From positions 1 through 46,640 of the IMG/VR virus record IMGVR_UViG_3300027804_003258: 46,640 bases of DNA. One strand, 5' to 3'. Numbering within the stretch: the first letter of the stretch is position 1; each line of letters starts with the position of its first letter. The stretch comes from a virus (lineage: Duplodnaviria; Caudoviricetes). Of this stretch, positions 1 to 9,841 are shown piece after piece. Made by a program: the position numbers and the translations under genes. The notes beneath the pieces are model-generated. The model was not told where the DNA came from. It searched no databases and worked only from the letters and a program-made list of their open reading frames with translations.

Positions 1-1
1 A

Positions 2-1537
2 TGTTTCACCTATAACAGTAAATCGTGGGAATATTGTATTTCCTGAAGTTGGTGGAGCATATGGTAAAACTACCAAGTTATAACCATATCCTGTTACAGG
101 TATTGGGGTTGTTGATGGTGTTGGTGTTAATGTTGGTGTAACTGATGGTGTTTGAGTATTGGTTACACTTGGCGTTGGTGTACTTGTAGTTGTTGGCGTT
201 GGTGTTACTAAAGTTGCCTCACATGCTGCACAGTTAACATAGAAAAGAAGTGGTGTTGCACCGTCTGTTGGAGTTGCCACGGTCTTCTCAACAATTCTAT
301 AACATCCACTTGGTGTTCCTCCTGTGAATGTAAAGTTAAATACGTCACCAGGTGCTAATGATGATGGTCCTAAATCAGCAACTAATACGTTCAAGTTGGT
401 ACATCCCGAAATTGTGTATGTAGTAACCGAACTTAAGTCAGTTGTAGTTGGTGTTGGTGTGTTCGTTGGTGTTTCACTAGGTGTTTCACTTGGGGTTTCA
501 GTTATTGTTGGAGTAGATGTTAAAGTTTCAGTTGGTGTGTTAGTTGCTGTTTCAGTAGGTGTATTAGTTGGAGTTTCACTTGGTGTATTAGTTGGGGTTG
601 GAGTTATATTAGAAATCTCACAATCATTACATCCACCATATCCAAATGATGCGGTAAACGCGTCGTCTATCGGAGCATTTATCTTACCAATGACTGAATA
701 ACATCCACTTGGTGTTGCTCCTGTGAATGTGTAATAGTTTACATCTCCAGGAACTATTAATCCTGGTCCTAAATCGACAACTAAAACATTTAGATTAGTA
801 CATCCTGAAATTGTATATGTAGTTATAGTACTTAAATCTGTAGCCGTAGGAGTTGGTGTTGGTGTAGGTGTTTCAGTATTTGTTGGCGTTTGTGTTGGGG
901 TATCTGTTATTGTCGGAGTTGGTGTTGGTGTTGGTGTCTCTGTTTCTGTCGAAGTATTTGTTGGCGTTTCAGTATTTGTTGGCGTTTGTGTTGGGGTATC
1001 TGTTATTGTCGGAGTTGGTGTAGGGGTATTGGACGATGTAATAGTTGGAGTATTTGTTGGCGATTCTACGGGTGTCCCTGTTGGAGTTTCACTTGGTGTC
1101 GGTGTATTTGTTGGGGTTTCAGTACTTGTAGGGGTATTTGTTGGTGTTGGGTCTGGTGTATCCGTTGGGCTAACCGTGTTTGTTGGGGTATTTGTTGGTG
1201 TTTGAGTTGATGTGTTTGTAGGTGTTGAAGTATTAGTAGGAGTTACTGTTGGAGTTTCAGTATTTGTAGGTGTATTTGTTGGTGTTGCGGTTGGTGTGGT
1301 TGTAGGATTTGGAGTTGCACTTATTGTTGTTGGGGGAAAGTTACCCCAGTTTTGAACTTCGATGTTGTTCACATAAGATTCTGCAATCTGAAAGGTGTCG
1401 TCAATTAACCAAATATTTTTTAATTGATTAGGAAATAATTCAACTTGATACTCCCAAAGAGCATCATCACATCTTTGGTAATTGAAATTTATTGTTGTTG
1501 AACCTGTGTTAATTAGGACGTACTTTTTGCAACTCAT
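2..1537 (-). CDS. Thr/Pro-rich putative virion surface protein, 3'-truncated by the window edge; paralog of 1581..2333
   Basis: Not in the ORF track. ATG at 1537 reads [44 protein letters not shown]..., followed by (TPT)n linkers, two copies of a Cys-containing domain ([20 protein letters not shown]...TPSGCY), and ...[16 protein letters not shown] at the edge. TATTTATA box upstream at 1556-1563. Confidence 0.85.
   Translation of the reverse strand, partial: MSCKKYVLINTGSTTINFNYQRCDDALWEYQVELFPNQLKNIWLIDDTFQIAESYVNNIEVQNWGNFPPTTISATPNPTTTPTATPTNTPTNTETPTVTPTNTSTPTNTSTQTPTNTPTNTVSPTDTPDPTPTNTPTSTETPTNTPTPSETPTGTPVESPTNTPTITSSNTPTPTPTITDTPTQTPTNTETPTNTSTETETPTPTPTPTITDTPTQTPTNTETPTPTPTPTATDLSTITTYTISGCTNLNVLVVDLGPGLIVPGDVNYYTFTGATPSGCYSVIGKINAPIDDAFTASFGYGGCNDCEISNITPTPTNTPSETPTNTPTETATNTPTETLTSTPTITETPSETPSETPTNTPTPTTTDLSSVTTYTISGCTNLNVLVADLGPSSLAPGDVFNFTFTGGTPSGCYRIVEKTVATPTDGATPLLFYVNCAACEATLVTPTPTTTSTPTPSVTNTQTPSVTPTLTPTPSTTPIPVTGYGYNLVVLPYAPPTSGNTIFPRFTVIGET
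870..1021. repeat. ~56-bp direct repeat (870-925 and 966-1021) inside the Thr/Pro linker
   Basis: gtttcagtatttgttggcgtttgtgttggggtatctgttattgtcggagttggtgt occurs twice, 96 bp apart. Confidence 0.85.
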
Positions 1538-1555
1538 TAAGATATCTTTGTAAAA

Positions 1556-1563
1556 TATAAATA
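1556..1563 (-). promoter_or_regulatory. putative late promoter box TATTTATA
   Basis: tataaata on +, i.e. TATTTATA in the sense of the gene starting at 1537; recurs upstream of most structural genes. Confidence 0.65.
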
Positions 1564-1580
1564 TCAAAGAAATTTGAATC

Positions 1581-2333
1581 TTATGAAATTACTTCAAATC
1601 TCAATATATCGTCTTCTGTAAAACCTGTATTAAATGTGTATGATGGACTATCAGGTGTATTTCCAGTTATAGTACTTATTACAGTTCCGTTTCTCAAGAT
1701 ATACCATTGGTATGTTGAAAGTCCTGTTATTGTTATACTACATGTATCACCGTTAACGATTGGCCCGTGCCATGCATTTGTCTGACCCGCACCTAAAGGA
1801 AATACGTTTTGGAACAAAGAATCAAAACTAGTTGTTGGTTCTGTTGTTATCACTAAACCACCACTCCAATAGTTTTGTATTGTAAAGTTTCGATAGGCGT
1901 CTGATGTCGGAGATGGTGTTATAGTTGGTGTTATAGTTGATGTTGGTGTGTTAGTTGGAGTTTCTGAAGGTGTACCAGTATTTGTCGGAGTATTGGTTGG
2001 TGATACTAAAGGTGTTTCTGTTGGGGTTGCCGTGTTAGTTGGTGTGTTAGTTGGGGAAGGGTCTGGTGTATTTGTGGGTGTGGGGGTAGGTGTTGACGTT
2101 GGGTTTGGCGTAGCACTTATTGTTGTGGGTGGAAAACTACCCCAATTCTGTACTTCAATGTTGTTAACATATACATCGGCTATTGAAAATGTGTCGTTAA
2201 TTAACCATATATTCTTTGTCTGACCTGGATTTAATTCAACTTGATATTCCCAAAGAGCGTCGTTGCATCTTTGATAATTGAAATTTATAACCGTAGAACC
2301 AGTATTGATTAAAACGAACTTACTACAACTCAT
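1581..2333 (-). CDS. Thr/Pro-rich putative virion surface protein
   Basis: N-terminal ~75 aa nearly identical to the 2..1537 protein, then a TPT linker and a different beta-rich C-terminal domain. Confidence 0.85.
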   Translation of the reverse strand: MSCSKFVLINTGSTVINFNYQRCNDALWEYQVELNPGQTKNIWLINDTFSIADVYVNNIEVQNWGSFPPTTISATPNPTSTPTPTPTNTPDPSPTNTPTNTATPTETPLVSPTNTPTNTGTPSETPTNTPTSTITPTITPSPTSDAYRNFTIQNYWSGGLVITTEPTTSFDSLFQNVFPLGAGQTNAWHGPIVNGDTCSITITGLSTYQWYILRNGTVISTITGNTPDSPSYTFNTGFTEDDILRFEVIS

Positions 2334-2337
2334 ATTT

Positions 2338-2345
2338 TATAAATA
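2338..2345 (-). promoter_or_regulatory. putative late promoter box TATTTATA
   Basis: Sense sequence TATTTATA-AAAT-ATG. Confidence 0.65.
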
Positions 2346-2374
2346 CTGAGATTAAGTCAAACTTTTTTCAATTA

Positions 2375-2572
2375 TCAATAAATTTTATTCAAGACAAAAA
2401 TATCACTGTAAATTGAATTACCGGCATTCGCACTTCCCCACTGTAATGTTACATCCAATGTATTGATTGGTGAAACACTTACGATACCTGTGCATCCTGT
2501 CCACCTATAATATCCTTCTTGAACATTATTGTAGTTTGTTATATTGAAATAATTGCAATCGGTTGTATACAT
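2375..2572 (-). CDS. small, probably chimeric/truncated paralog of 6480..7043
   Basis: DCNYFNITNYNNVQEGYYRWTGCTGIVSVSPIN matches DCNYYIITNYNNIQIGYFKWTGCTGIVSVSPIN, then the sequence switches to an unrelated tail. Confidence 0.6.
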   Translation of the reverse strand: MYTTDCNYFNITNYNNVQEGYYRWTGCTGIVSVSPINTLDVTLQWGSANAGNSIYSDIFVLNKIY

Positions 2573-2573
2573 C

Positions 2574-4091
2574 TTAAGCTTGTGTTAGAGTAACAATCAT
2601 TGATGGAGTTGCAGGTTTTGCATATGGTGTTGTTTGTGCTGGTTCCCCTAACAACTCATATGTGGTATCCGCTGACGCCCAAACAATTTCCAAATATTCA
2701 TTAGCATTCAACTGTTCCAAAATATTCCACGCAGCAACCAACTTTCCTGTCGAACCTTGTTTTGGAACTTGCATTTCAGTGTTTGAATTTGGTAAGTCAA
2801 CACCATTTTTCCTAAACCAAATTGCAACCTCATCTGTTCCGCTCGAGGTTTTATTTAGTTGTGTTGAAAATTGTAAATTGTAAATTCCAGAGTTTAATAC
2901 CACAAATTTTGTTCCTCCACTTAATACCACACCACTTGATAATGATGAAGTGTTTGCGCTCATGACTTGTGGAGTGTCAGCTGCCGCTAATGGCTGTGTT
3001 CCAGTGTCATAAAACGCCCCATAAGATTTGGTGGTTCCCGTTGCAGAAGTCCCAGATGTTCCACTTGAACCAGATGTTCCTGATGAACCTGACGTTCCTG
3101 AAGAACCTGAACTACCAGAAGTTCCACTTGAACCAGATGTTCCTGATGAACCTGACGTTCCAGTTGAACCAGATGTTCCTGATGAACCTGACGTTCCAGT
3201 TGAACCAGATGTTCCTGAAGAGCCTGAACTACCAGAAGTTCCACTTAAACCAGAAGTTCCTGATGAACCAGATGTGCCAGAAGAACCATCTGTCCCATTT
3301 GAACCACTTGTTCCAGAAGAACCAGAAGTTCCTGATGAGCCATCTATACCACTAGTTCCCGAACTACCATCAGTTCCGCTTGAGCCAGAAGTTCCTGATG
3401 AACCATCTATACCACTAGTTCCTGAACTACCATCAGTTCCGCTTGAGCCAGAAGTTCCTGATGAACCATCTATACCACTAGTTCCTGAACTACCATCAGT
3501 TCCGCTTGAGCCAGAAGTTCCTGATGAACCATCTATACCACTTGTCCCACTAGTTCCTCCTGTGAATTCAACCCAACCATAACTATAATTTGTATTTCCT
3601 GTCTGAGTAAATACTTGACCAATTGTTCCTCCTGTTGGTATTAGTTGTTGATTGAGGTTATATGATTGCCCTGAAACAGGTTCCATAATAACTTCATCTC
3701 CTACAACAGTAAAAGTAACTCCGCTTGTTGTTGTAACTCCACTTTCAGTTACTGCACCTAATACGAAGAAGTTTGTTGCGAATCCATTAATGGAAAATAG
3801 AACTCCACTATCGTCAATACCTAATGCTCCGTTTGGACCGATGAATACAGTTCCAGAACCAACGTGAATTGAACTGATTGTGTGGGCTGAATCACCAATA
3901 CTATAAGTGTTAGTAACATCGGGAATCCAATTCTGATACATTGTTCCGAATGGAGAACTCTTAAGTAAATCTTGTAAGTTAACCTGATATGTTACAGGAG
4001 AACCGGCACCACTATAAACTATGGCTAGCAAACTCTCATTTGTCCCTGAGCTTGATAAATTAGGTAATTGGGATATAGGTAAATTAGGCAT
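2574..4091 (-). CDS. collagen-like (Gly-Ser/Thr-Ser)n fibre protein with C1q/BclA-like C-terminal domain
   Basis: N-terminal MPNLPISQLP; long Gly-X-Y run (GTS/GSS/GID); C-terminal beta domain YGAFYDT...SGIYNLQFSTQL...YLEIVWAS. Confidence 0.75.
   Translation of the reverse strand: MPNLPISQLPNLSSSGTNESLLAIVYSGAGSPVTYQVNLQDLLKSSPFGTMYQNWIPDVTNTYSIGDSAHTISSIHVGSGTVFIGPNGALGIDDSGVLFSINGFATNFFVLGAVTESGVTTTSGVTFTVVGDEVIMEPVSGQSYNLNQQLIPTGGTIGQVFTQTGNTNYSYGWVEFTGGTSGTSGIDGSSGTSGSSGTDGSSGTSGIDGSSGTSGSSGTDGSSGTSGIDGSSGTSGSSGTDGSSGTSGIDGSSGTSGSSGTSGSNGTDGSSGTSGSSGTSGLSGTSGSSGSSGTSGSTGTSGSSGTSGSTGTSGSSGTSGSSGTSGSSGSSGTSGSSGTSGSSGTSGTSATGTTKSYGAFYDTGTQPLAAADTPQVMSANTSSLSSGVVLSGGTKFVVLNSGIYNLQFSTQLNKTSSGTDEVAIWFRKNGVDLPNSNTEMQVPKQGSTGKLVAAWNILEQLNANEYLEIVWASADTTYELLGEPAQTTPYAKPATPSMIVTLTQA
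3322..3542. repeat. 63-bp tandem repeat, ~3.5 copies (encodes GTSGIDGSSGTSGSSGTDGSS)
   Basis: Unit ccagaagttcctgatga... restarts at 3322, 3385, 3448 and 3511. Confidence 0.9.
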
Positions 4092-4104
4092 TTTGTTTTT
4101 ATTT

Positions 4105-4112
4105 TATAAATA
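4105..4112 (-). promoter_or_regulatory. putative late promoter box TATTTATA
   Basis: 13 nt upstream of the ATG at 4091. Confidence 0.65.
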
Positions 4113-4146
4113 TGTTTTTATAGTCCGTATTTTGATTTTATAAGAG

Positions 4147-4782
4147 TTAAGATATTTTCAAATATCCATAATTAACCGTAATACTTGACACTGTATTGTT
4201 TTGAATACCGAATACAAATGTATTTGTTGATGTAACAACTGTTGAAGCGGTGGATATTGCACCTGCAGTTCCTATAATCTGTGCAGGTATGCTTGTAAAC
4301 AATATTGGACTACCCCCACCAGTATAATTCCATGCATACTGAACACCAATTACGGGCACATTAGAATTACTAACACTTACTGTGGCATTATAAACTATTA
4401 TACCATTTGGTATATTTGCAAGAGCCCATAAGTTATATGTGTTATTAATATCAACTGTAAAACTGTAGTTATTAGTCCCTGGAGTCACCGTCCAACTACC
4501 TGTAGCACCAGATAGACCTGAAATTCCACTTGTACCAGAACTACCTGAAGAGCCTGATGTTCCTGAAGAACCTGAACTACCACTAGTTCCACTTGAGCCA
4601 GATGTTCCTGAAGAACCTGAGCTTCCGTTAGTTCCTGATGAACCACTTGTTCCTGAAGAACCTATTAATGTTTCTTTTAAAACTTTGAAGGTTTCGGTTA
4701 GACCACTATTATCCATAACAAGATAAGCACCCGTGGTGTCTCCTGTAAATGTTGGTAACGCACTTATTTTTGTATTTGCCAT
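4147..4782 (-). CDS. short collagen-like (GSS/GTS)n fibre protein
   Basis: MANTKISALP N-terminus, Gly-X-Y run, beta-rich C-terminal domain. Confidence 0.75.
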   Translation of the reverse strand: MANTKISALPTFTGDTTGAYLVMDNSGLTETFKVLKETLIGSSGTSGSSGTNGSSGSSGTSGSSGTSGSSGSSGTSGSSGSSGTSGISGLSGATGSWTVTPGTNNYSFTVDINNTYNLWALANIPNGIIVYNATVSVSNSNVPVIGVQYAWNYTGGGSPILFTSIPAQIIGTAGAISTASTVVTSTNTFVFGIQNNTVSSITVNYGYLKIS

Positions 4783-4796
4783 TTTAATCTATTTTT

Positions 4797-6455
4797 TTAT
4801 ATTATATCTATTTCAATATTATCGTTATTTTCTGCCGTAGCAATTGAACTATCTTCAAATAATAGGAAGAATGGTTCAGTAGGTGTTACTGTTGGTGTAG
4901 ATGTTTGAGTAGGTGTTATAGTTGGAGTCTGAGTAGGTGTTTCAGTCTGAGTAGGGGTAGGTGTTGGTGTTGGAATTTCGGTCTCAATATAAATTCCGAA
5001 TCCATCTTCTTGGAGAATCATGAAATAATCTTCTTGTAACAAGAAATTATTATCAGGCAAAGTTGGTGTTGGTGTTTCAGTTGGTGTATTTGTTGGAGTT
5101 TCTGATATCGTAGGTGTTATTGTTGGTGTAGGTGTTTCAGTGTTAGTTGGTGTAGAAGTTTCTGTCTGCGTAGGTGTTTGTGTTGGAGTTTGTGTAGGTG
5201 TTTCTGTCTGCGTAGGTGTAGAAGTTTCAGTCTGTGTCGGGGTTTGTGTAGGAGTTTCAGTGTTAGTTGGTGTAGAAGTTTCTGTCTGCGTAGGTGTTTG
5301 AGTAGGCGTTTCCGTTGGTGTTGACGTTGATGTTTCGGTAGGTGTTGGTGAAGAGGTGAGACTAGGACTTGGGGTCGGAGTTTCTGAAGAAGTGGGACTA
5401 TTAGAGGGTGTTTGTGTTGGAGTTTCGGTTTGTGTCGGAGTTGATGTTTCGGTAGGGGTTGGAGTTTGTCCAGGGCTAGCCGTTATACTTGGTGTTGGTG
5501 TGTTAGTTGCAGTCTCAGTTGGTGTATTAGTCAAAGTTGTTGTAGGTGTTGACGTATTAGTAGGTGTCTCTGTTGGTGTAGGTGTCTCTGAACTTGTTTG
5601 GGTTGGTGTTTCAGTTGTTGTCTGTGTTGGCGTTTCAGTTGGTGTAGAAGTAACAGTCGAAGTTGGAGTTTCTGTTTGAGTTGGTGTTTGAGTAGGTGTT
5701 TCTGTATTAGTTGGTGTAGATGTTTCAGTTTGTGTAGGTGTTTGTGTTGGCGTTTCTGTTGGTGTACTTGTTTCAGTCTGTGTAGGTGTTTCCGTCTGTG
5801 TTGGTGTACTTGTTTCAGTTTGAGTTGGTGTTTGAGTAGGCGTTTCAGTTTGAGAAGGAGTTTGAGTAGGTGTAGGTGTCGGATTACAATTAATATCTAA
5901 ACAATCAACCACACTTGTTGATACATCCAAGTCATAGTCGTAAACTGGACCATAGTCAACACCAGCTATTGAATAACATTTATATGTGTCAACCAAAAAT
6001 ACCCCAAATAGTCCTGGAGTTACACTTCTTCCAATTTTATTATTTGATAAATCACAATCTAAAAGAAAATAGTAATAATATATCGGAGTTGGTGTTGCTG
6101 TGCTTGATGGAGTATTTGTTGGAGTATTTGTCGTAGTTTGGGTCGGGGTTTCAGTTTGTGTAGGTGTTTGTGTTGGCGTTTCAGTTGAAGTGGGGGTTAA
6201 ACCAATTGTAACAGTTGGTGTTGGTGTTTGAGTTTGTGTTGGCGTTGGAGATGGAAGAGGAAAAACAATAGTACAAACTGTATTATAAAGTGGAACGTAA
6301 CAATTATAAGTACCCCAAGGATACTCTCCTAAATATGTAAATGGAAACACCTGTAAACCTAAATTTATTGTTCCTCCTGAAGAAGGAAAAAAGGTTACAT
6401 CACAAGTCAAACCACTATAATTCGGGCTATATATTGAAACTCCGCAATCCGACAT
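4797..6455 (-). CDS. mucin-like Thr/Pro/Glu-rich putative virion protein
   Basis: Hundreds of residues of TPTQTETPT repeats separating small Cys/aromatic domains; two C-terminal FLLxED motifs. Confidence 0.8.
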   Translation of the reverse strand: MSDCGVSIYSPNYSGLTCDVTFFPSSGGTINLGLQVFPFTYLGEYPWGTYNCYVPLYNTVCTIVFPLPSPTPTQTQTPTPTVTIGLTPTSTETPTQTPTQTETPTQTTTNTPTNTPSSTATPTPIYYYYFLLDCDLSNNKIGRSVTPGLFGVFLVDTYKCYSIAGVDYGPVYDYDLDVSTSVVDCLDINCNPTPTPTQTPSQTETPTQTPTQTETSTPTQTETPTQTETSTPTETPTQTPTQTETSTPTNTETPTQTPTQTETPTSTVTSTPTETPTQTTTETPTQTSSETPTPTETPTNTSTPTTTLTNTPTETATNTPTPSITASPGQTPTPTETSTPTQTETPTQTPSNSPTSSETPTPSPSLTSSPTPTETSTSTPTETPTQTPTQTETSTPTNTETPTQTPTQTETSTPTQTETPTQTPTQTPTQTETSTPTNTETPTPTITPTISETPTNTPTETPTPTLPDNNFLLQEDYFMILQEDGFGIYIETEIPTPTPTPTQTETPTQTPTITPTQTSTPTVTPTEPFFLLFEDSSIATAENNDNIEIDII

Positions 6456-6458
6456 GTC

Positions 6459-6466
6459 TATAAATA
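6459..6466 (-). promoter_or_regulatory. putative late promoter box TATTTATA
   Basis: Sense TATTTATA-GAC-ATG, identical to 32236-32249. Confidence 0.65.
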
Positions 6467-6479
6467 TCTAATGTAACAT

Positions 6480-7043
6480 TTAACAGACACCCGTGTTTAT
6501 AATGAGTGTGCCACTTAATTGTACAAATTTTGCTCCGTCGGATATTGTGAATTTACCACCAGTAGGTGGGATAGTTAATTCTTTATTACCGTAGACATGG
6601 TCTCCGACAACTAATTCATCAAAAGGTTTAGTTGTAAAAATTGTTACGTTAGCAGGACTAGCAAATTGATTTACCGAATTACAAACATCTTGGTACCAAC
6701 CACCACCTCTCATATTTCTTTGATAAACCGGTGATGGTGTATTTGATGGTGTTGCTGTGTTAGTTGGAGTTGGCGTTTGCGTTACAGGAGTTTGTGATAG
6801 ACTTACAGTCGGAGTTACTGTTGGTGTAACGGTTGGTGTGGGTGTTGCTGATGGACATAAACCCATATTGTTGATAGTAAGTGGTGCCCCGTAACTTTCT
6901 TCGGTCAAGTCGTAAGCACAAACGTATTCAGTTGAAATTGGATTTATGGGTGACACACTTACAATACCTGTACACCCTGTCCACTTGAAATATCCTATTT
7001 GGATATTATTGTAGTTTGTTATTATGTAATAGTTACAATCCAT
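6480..7043 (-). CDS. Thr/Pro-linker putative virion protein
   Basis: Two small Cys-containing domains joined by a TPT linker; starts immediately after the 7044 stop. Confidence 0.8.
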   Translation of the reverse strand: MDCNYYIITNYNNIQIGYFKWTGCTGIVSVSPINPISTEYVCAYDLTEESYGAPLTINNMGLCPSATPTPTVTPTVTPTVSLSQTPVTQTPTPTNTATPSNTPSPVYQRNMRGGGWYQDVCNSVNQFASPANVTIFTTKPFDELVVGDHVYGNKELTIPPTGGKFTISDGAKFVQLSGTLIINTGVC

Positions 7044-8948
7044 TTAACATTCAATTGGTGTATAACCCAAATCACAATTGGGAATCAAAATTCTACAATC
7101 CAAACAGTTAGGGTCCAAAAGATTATATTTATTTTTCAGTATTCTAAAATTGTGTCTAATTTGAGATGCGTTTAAAGGTTCTGTATACATTCTGAATGCA
7201 CTTATATCTCCTATAAAGTTTCCCCCAAATATTTCTTCCAATTTGATATGAGTTGTTAAACCGGAATATATTGTGTGTGTCAAATCCTCTGTCGTTAAAC
7301 ACTCTGGGTCTTGTTGATAAACTATTTCATCAATAGTCTCGGGACAACCCCCTGAAAAAGTTAAATTATCTTTGAGTCCTTGAGTTCCTCCACCCAAAGA
7401 AATATTATACGGAACACCAATTTGTTTTTCTTTCGGCACATCTAAAATGTGTGGAATTATTTCTTCAAAGTCTAAAACAACCATAAACAACTTGCCATTT
7501 ACATAGAATTTCATCGAGCCAACTCTATATTTTTTTTCTTCCATCCAAGAGTCTTTGAAATTCAAAACCTCAACAGTTGCAGGGTTGTAATCTTTCTCAT
7601 GGGTCAGAGGTGGTTGTATTAAAGAAACACTATTGTTGGCACTAGTTGCGGTATAAGCTGTGTATTGAATTAATCCTAGCCCACCTTTGTCAATTAAGTC
7701 ACACTCTTCCAGATATTCTGCTCTTTGGAAAACCGCATCAATTTGAACCCAATGTTCAACGTTTGCATAGGTAGTACCACTACAATCATCAAAAATACCC
7801 CTTGATGAACACCATTCAGTTACTGATGTCCCTGTTGTGTAAGTCAAACCTGTTAAACAAGTTCCACTGGTTTCACAACCTCCAGTAATCCTAAAAGTTT
7901 TTACACAAAGTCTAGGACTTCCTGTGTCTCCACTTAATCGTAAAGATAGTCCGTTTGAAACTCCATCGTAAAGTGGGTCTTTTTCGGGAAACTCAGCATA
8001 CCCCGCACATGAACAATTACAACTACAACTACAATTTGTAATAGTAAGACCTGATGGTTGATAAACTTGCATACAAGTATAACCAGTTTGTCCTGTCAGT
8101 GTTGAACAAGCACATGTCTGCATACATGTTAAACCTGATGTAACTCTTGTATAACCTGTGTCACCTTTTGGTTCACCGTCAGCATAGTGATAAAATTTGT
8201 TTTCGGCTCTTGCCCCCATAAAGAAAAACGTACCTTTGTTGTCAGGGTATCTGTTGTTCAAACCAACATTTGTGTCTCCTGTCCATCTATATCTTAACAT
8301 AAATTCAGAAGTCCAACCAAAGTTGACCCTTTCAGGAAAAACTTGGTAGTCATACCCTATCAACTTATAGAACCCTTGAAAAAATCCACCTTGTAGTTTT
8401 GCGTAGGTGCCAACCAAATTGTTATCATTCCCAAAAGTTATATCGTAGGTATAGGAGTCATCATTCCATAATCTGTTCGTAGAAGTTGTAAAACCTGTAA
8501 TCGGGTGTAATTTCATCCTACGGTCATATTTGTATCTATTGTAAGTGTCTCCAGTATTTGTGTATAAACCTGTAGTTGTTTGTATTGTTTCACCCGACAT
8601 TTTCTTCGTCAGTCCATTATCAATTCCTGTTAGACCAACATCACATAAATCATTCACAATCGGACAAAAATTTGGGTCAATTCCCAAAGGGTTCCAATAA
8701 TTTTCTGAAACAATTGTTTCATAGTCGAAACTGACCGCCGAAAATGGCATCATAGTTGTTCCTGTACTATTGAAATCAAATTTGAATGGCATTCTATTCC
8801 CATCGTCTTCTCCAATCAATAAAGGAGAAAAAACGACTTCTTGGTCGTAATCCCTTTCATCAGAAGCCAAACAGATATCTGAAATTTCCCTGACAGGTAA
8901 CAAACCTAACTTTCTAAAGTTATATTGATTAATGTTCTGATATGACAT
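7044..8948 (-). CDS. Cys-rich putative virion protein with LamG/concanavalin-like fold elements
   Basis: MKFYVNGKLF, YNISLGGG and FIGDISAFRMYTEPLNASQIRHNF resemble LamG-like strands; CSCSCNCSC tract. Confidence 0.6.
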   Translation of the reverse strand: MSYQNINQYNFRKLGLLPVREISDICLASDERDYDQEVVFSPLLIGEDDGNRMPFKFDFNSTGTTMMPFSAVSFDYETIVSENYWNPLGIDPNFCPIVNDLCDVGLTGIDNGLTKKMSGETIQTTTGLYTNTGDTYNRYKYDRRMKLHPITGFTTSTNRLWNDDSYTYDITFGNDNNLVGTYAKLQGGFFQGFYKLIGYDYQVFPERVNFGWTSEFMLRYRWTGDTNVGLNNRYPDNKGTFFFMGARAENKFYHYADGEPKGDTGYTRVTSGLTCMQTCACSTLTGQTGYTCMQVYQPSGLTITNCSCSCNCSCAGYAEFPEKDPLYDGVSNGLSLRLSGDTGSPRLCVKTFRITGGCETSGTCLTGLTYTTGTSVTEWCSSRGIFDDCSGTTYANVEHWVQIDAVFQRAEYLEECDLIDKGGLGLIQYTAYTATSANNSVSLIQPPLTHEKDYNPATVEVLNFKDSWMEEKKYRVGSMKFYVNGKLFMVVLDFEEIIPHILDVPKEKQIGVPYNISLGGGTQGLKDNLTFSGGCPETIDEIVYQQDPECLTTEDLTHTIYSGLTTHIKLEEIFGGNFIGDISAFRMYTEPLNASQIRHNFRILKNKYNLLDPNCLDCRILIPNCDLGYTPIEC

Positions 8949-8956
8949 AAGATATT

Positions 8957-8985
8957 GATAAATACCTTAACACATAGTATTTATA
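8957..8985. promoter_or_regulatory. divergent back-to-back putative late promoter boxes
   Basis: TATTTATC on - (8957-8964) for the 8948 gene; TATTTATA on + (8978-8985) for the 9002 gene. Confidence 0.65.
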
Positions 8986-9001
8986 GTGTAAAAGAAATCA
9001 G

Positions 9002-9841
9002 ATGATAAACGAGAACCAAGAATTTTTTTCTTCACCATATTACTTTTTCTTAAAAGAGAAGAGTGATAACTTTTCACTATACTTTTCTGTTGAAAACACT
9101 CTAACAGAAGCTAGGAAGAAAGATAAGATGATTAAAATACCGAAAGAAAAACTAGAGATGGTAAAAAAATATTTGGAAAAATTAGTCAAACAAAAAAAGA
9201 AAAAAAGTTCTGAAGAGGTTGGTGGAGAAATTGATGAGTTGGTAAGTTCTGATGGTTCATTTATGAACTCAAAAGTGCCAATTCTTGACCCTAGGTTACA
9301 TCCGCAAAAAACTATGGACCAAACAGTGGCTGCGTCAAGAATCACAAATGACCCAATCACTCGTGGATATAGGACGTATTACGGTGAGTCTGTTGAGGAA
9401 GAAATGAAAGAAGAAGATATGTCGGGGGCTTTTGGTTATGAAGAAACAAAAGAATTAGACGGGAAAGAAACTTATAAATATTTTAAGGACGAATTGGATT
9501 TAGAGCCTGAGGACGCAAAAGACCGCACAGAACAACAAGGAAAAGATTATACAGGAAAAAAAGATGAAAGTTCAGAATTTTATGATGACCCAAATTTTGT
9601 AATGAAAGGTACAATTGCCGAAATACAAAAACAAAAAGCAATCAAAATGTTGGAGGATATTTTGATGAAGAAAAAAAATACTGATAATTCTGAAGTAACA
9701 AAAAAACAAGACAGAGATATTCAAAAAAAACAAAAAGAAATTTCCAAAATTCTTAAGAAGAATATAGATTCTCTCTTGAGACAAATGGAAAAACAAGGAA
9801 TGTCAAAAAAAGATTTAATTAAAATTTTAACAGGTGAATAA
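9002..9841 (+). CDS. hypothetical charged protein, probable head-internal protein
   Basis: 279-aa ORF, late box upstream, several (L/I)xE motifs. Confidence 0.75.
   Translation: MINENQEFFSSPYYFFLKEKSDNFSLYFSVENTLTEARKKDKMIKIPKEKLEMVKKYLEKLVKQKKKKSSEEVGGEIDELVSSDGSFMNSKVPILDPRLHPQKTMDQTVAASRITNDPITRGYRTYYGESVEEEMKEEDMSGAFGYEETKELDGKETYKYFKDELDLEPEDAKDRTEQQGKDYTGKKDESSEFYDDPNFVMKGTIAEIQKQKAIKMLEDILMKKKNTDNSEVTKKQDRDIQKKQKEISKILKKNIDSLLRQMEKQGMSKKDLIKILTGE

Noticed and set aside
1311-2333. Paralogous segments as DGR template and variable repeats
   Set aside because: Differences are largely synonymous and not adenine-specific, both copies are coding N-termini, and no reverse transcriptase is in the window.
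4783-4799. Readthrough fusion of 4797..6455 to 4147..4782
   Set aside because: The 14-nt gap puts them out of frame, and the downstream gene has its own ATG with an A-rich leader; no supporting evidence.
324-6136. Plus-strand ORFs rich in Val/Gly, Cys/Trp or Pro/Glu/Val (e.g. 324, 890, 1948, 3028, 5356, 5598)
   Set aside because: Antisense shadows of the Thr/Pro and Gly/Ser/Thr repeats of the minus-strand genes; low-complexity repeats lack stops in other frames.
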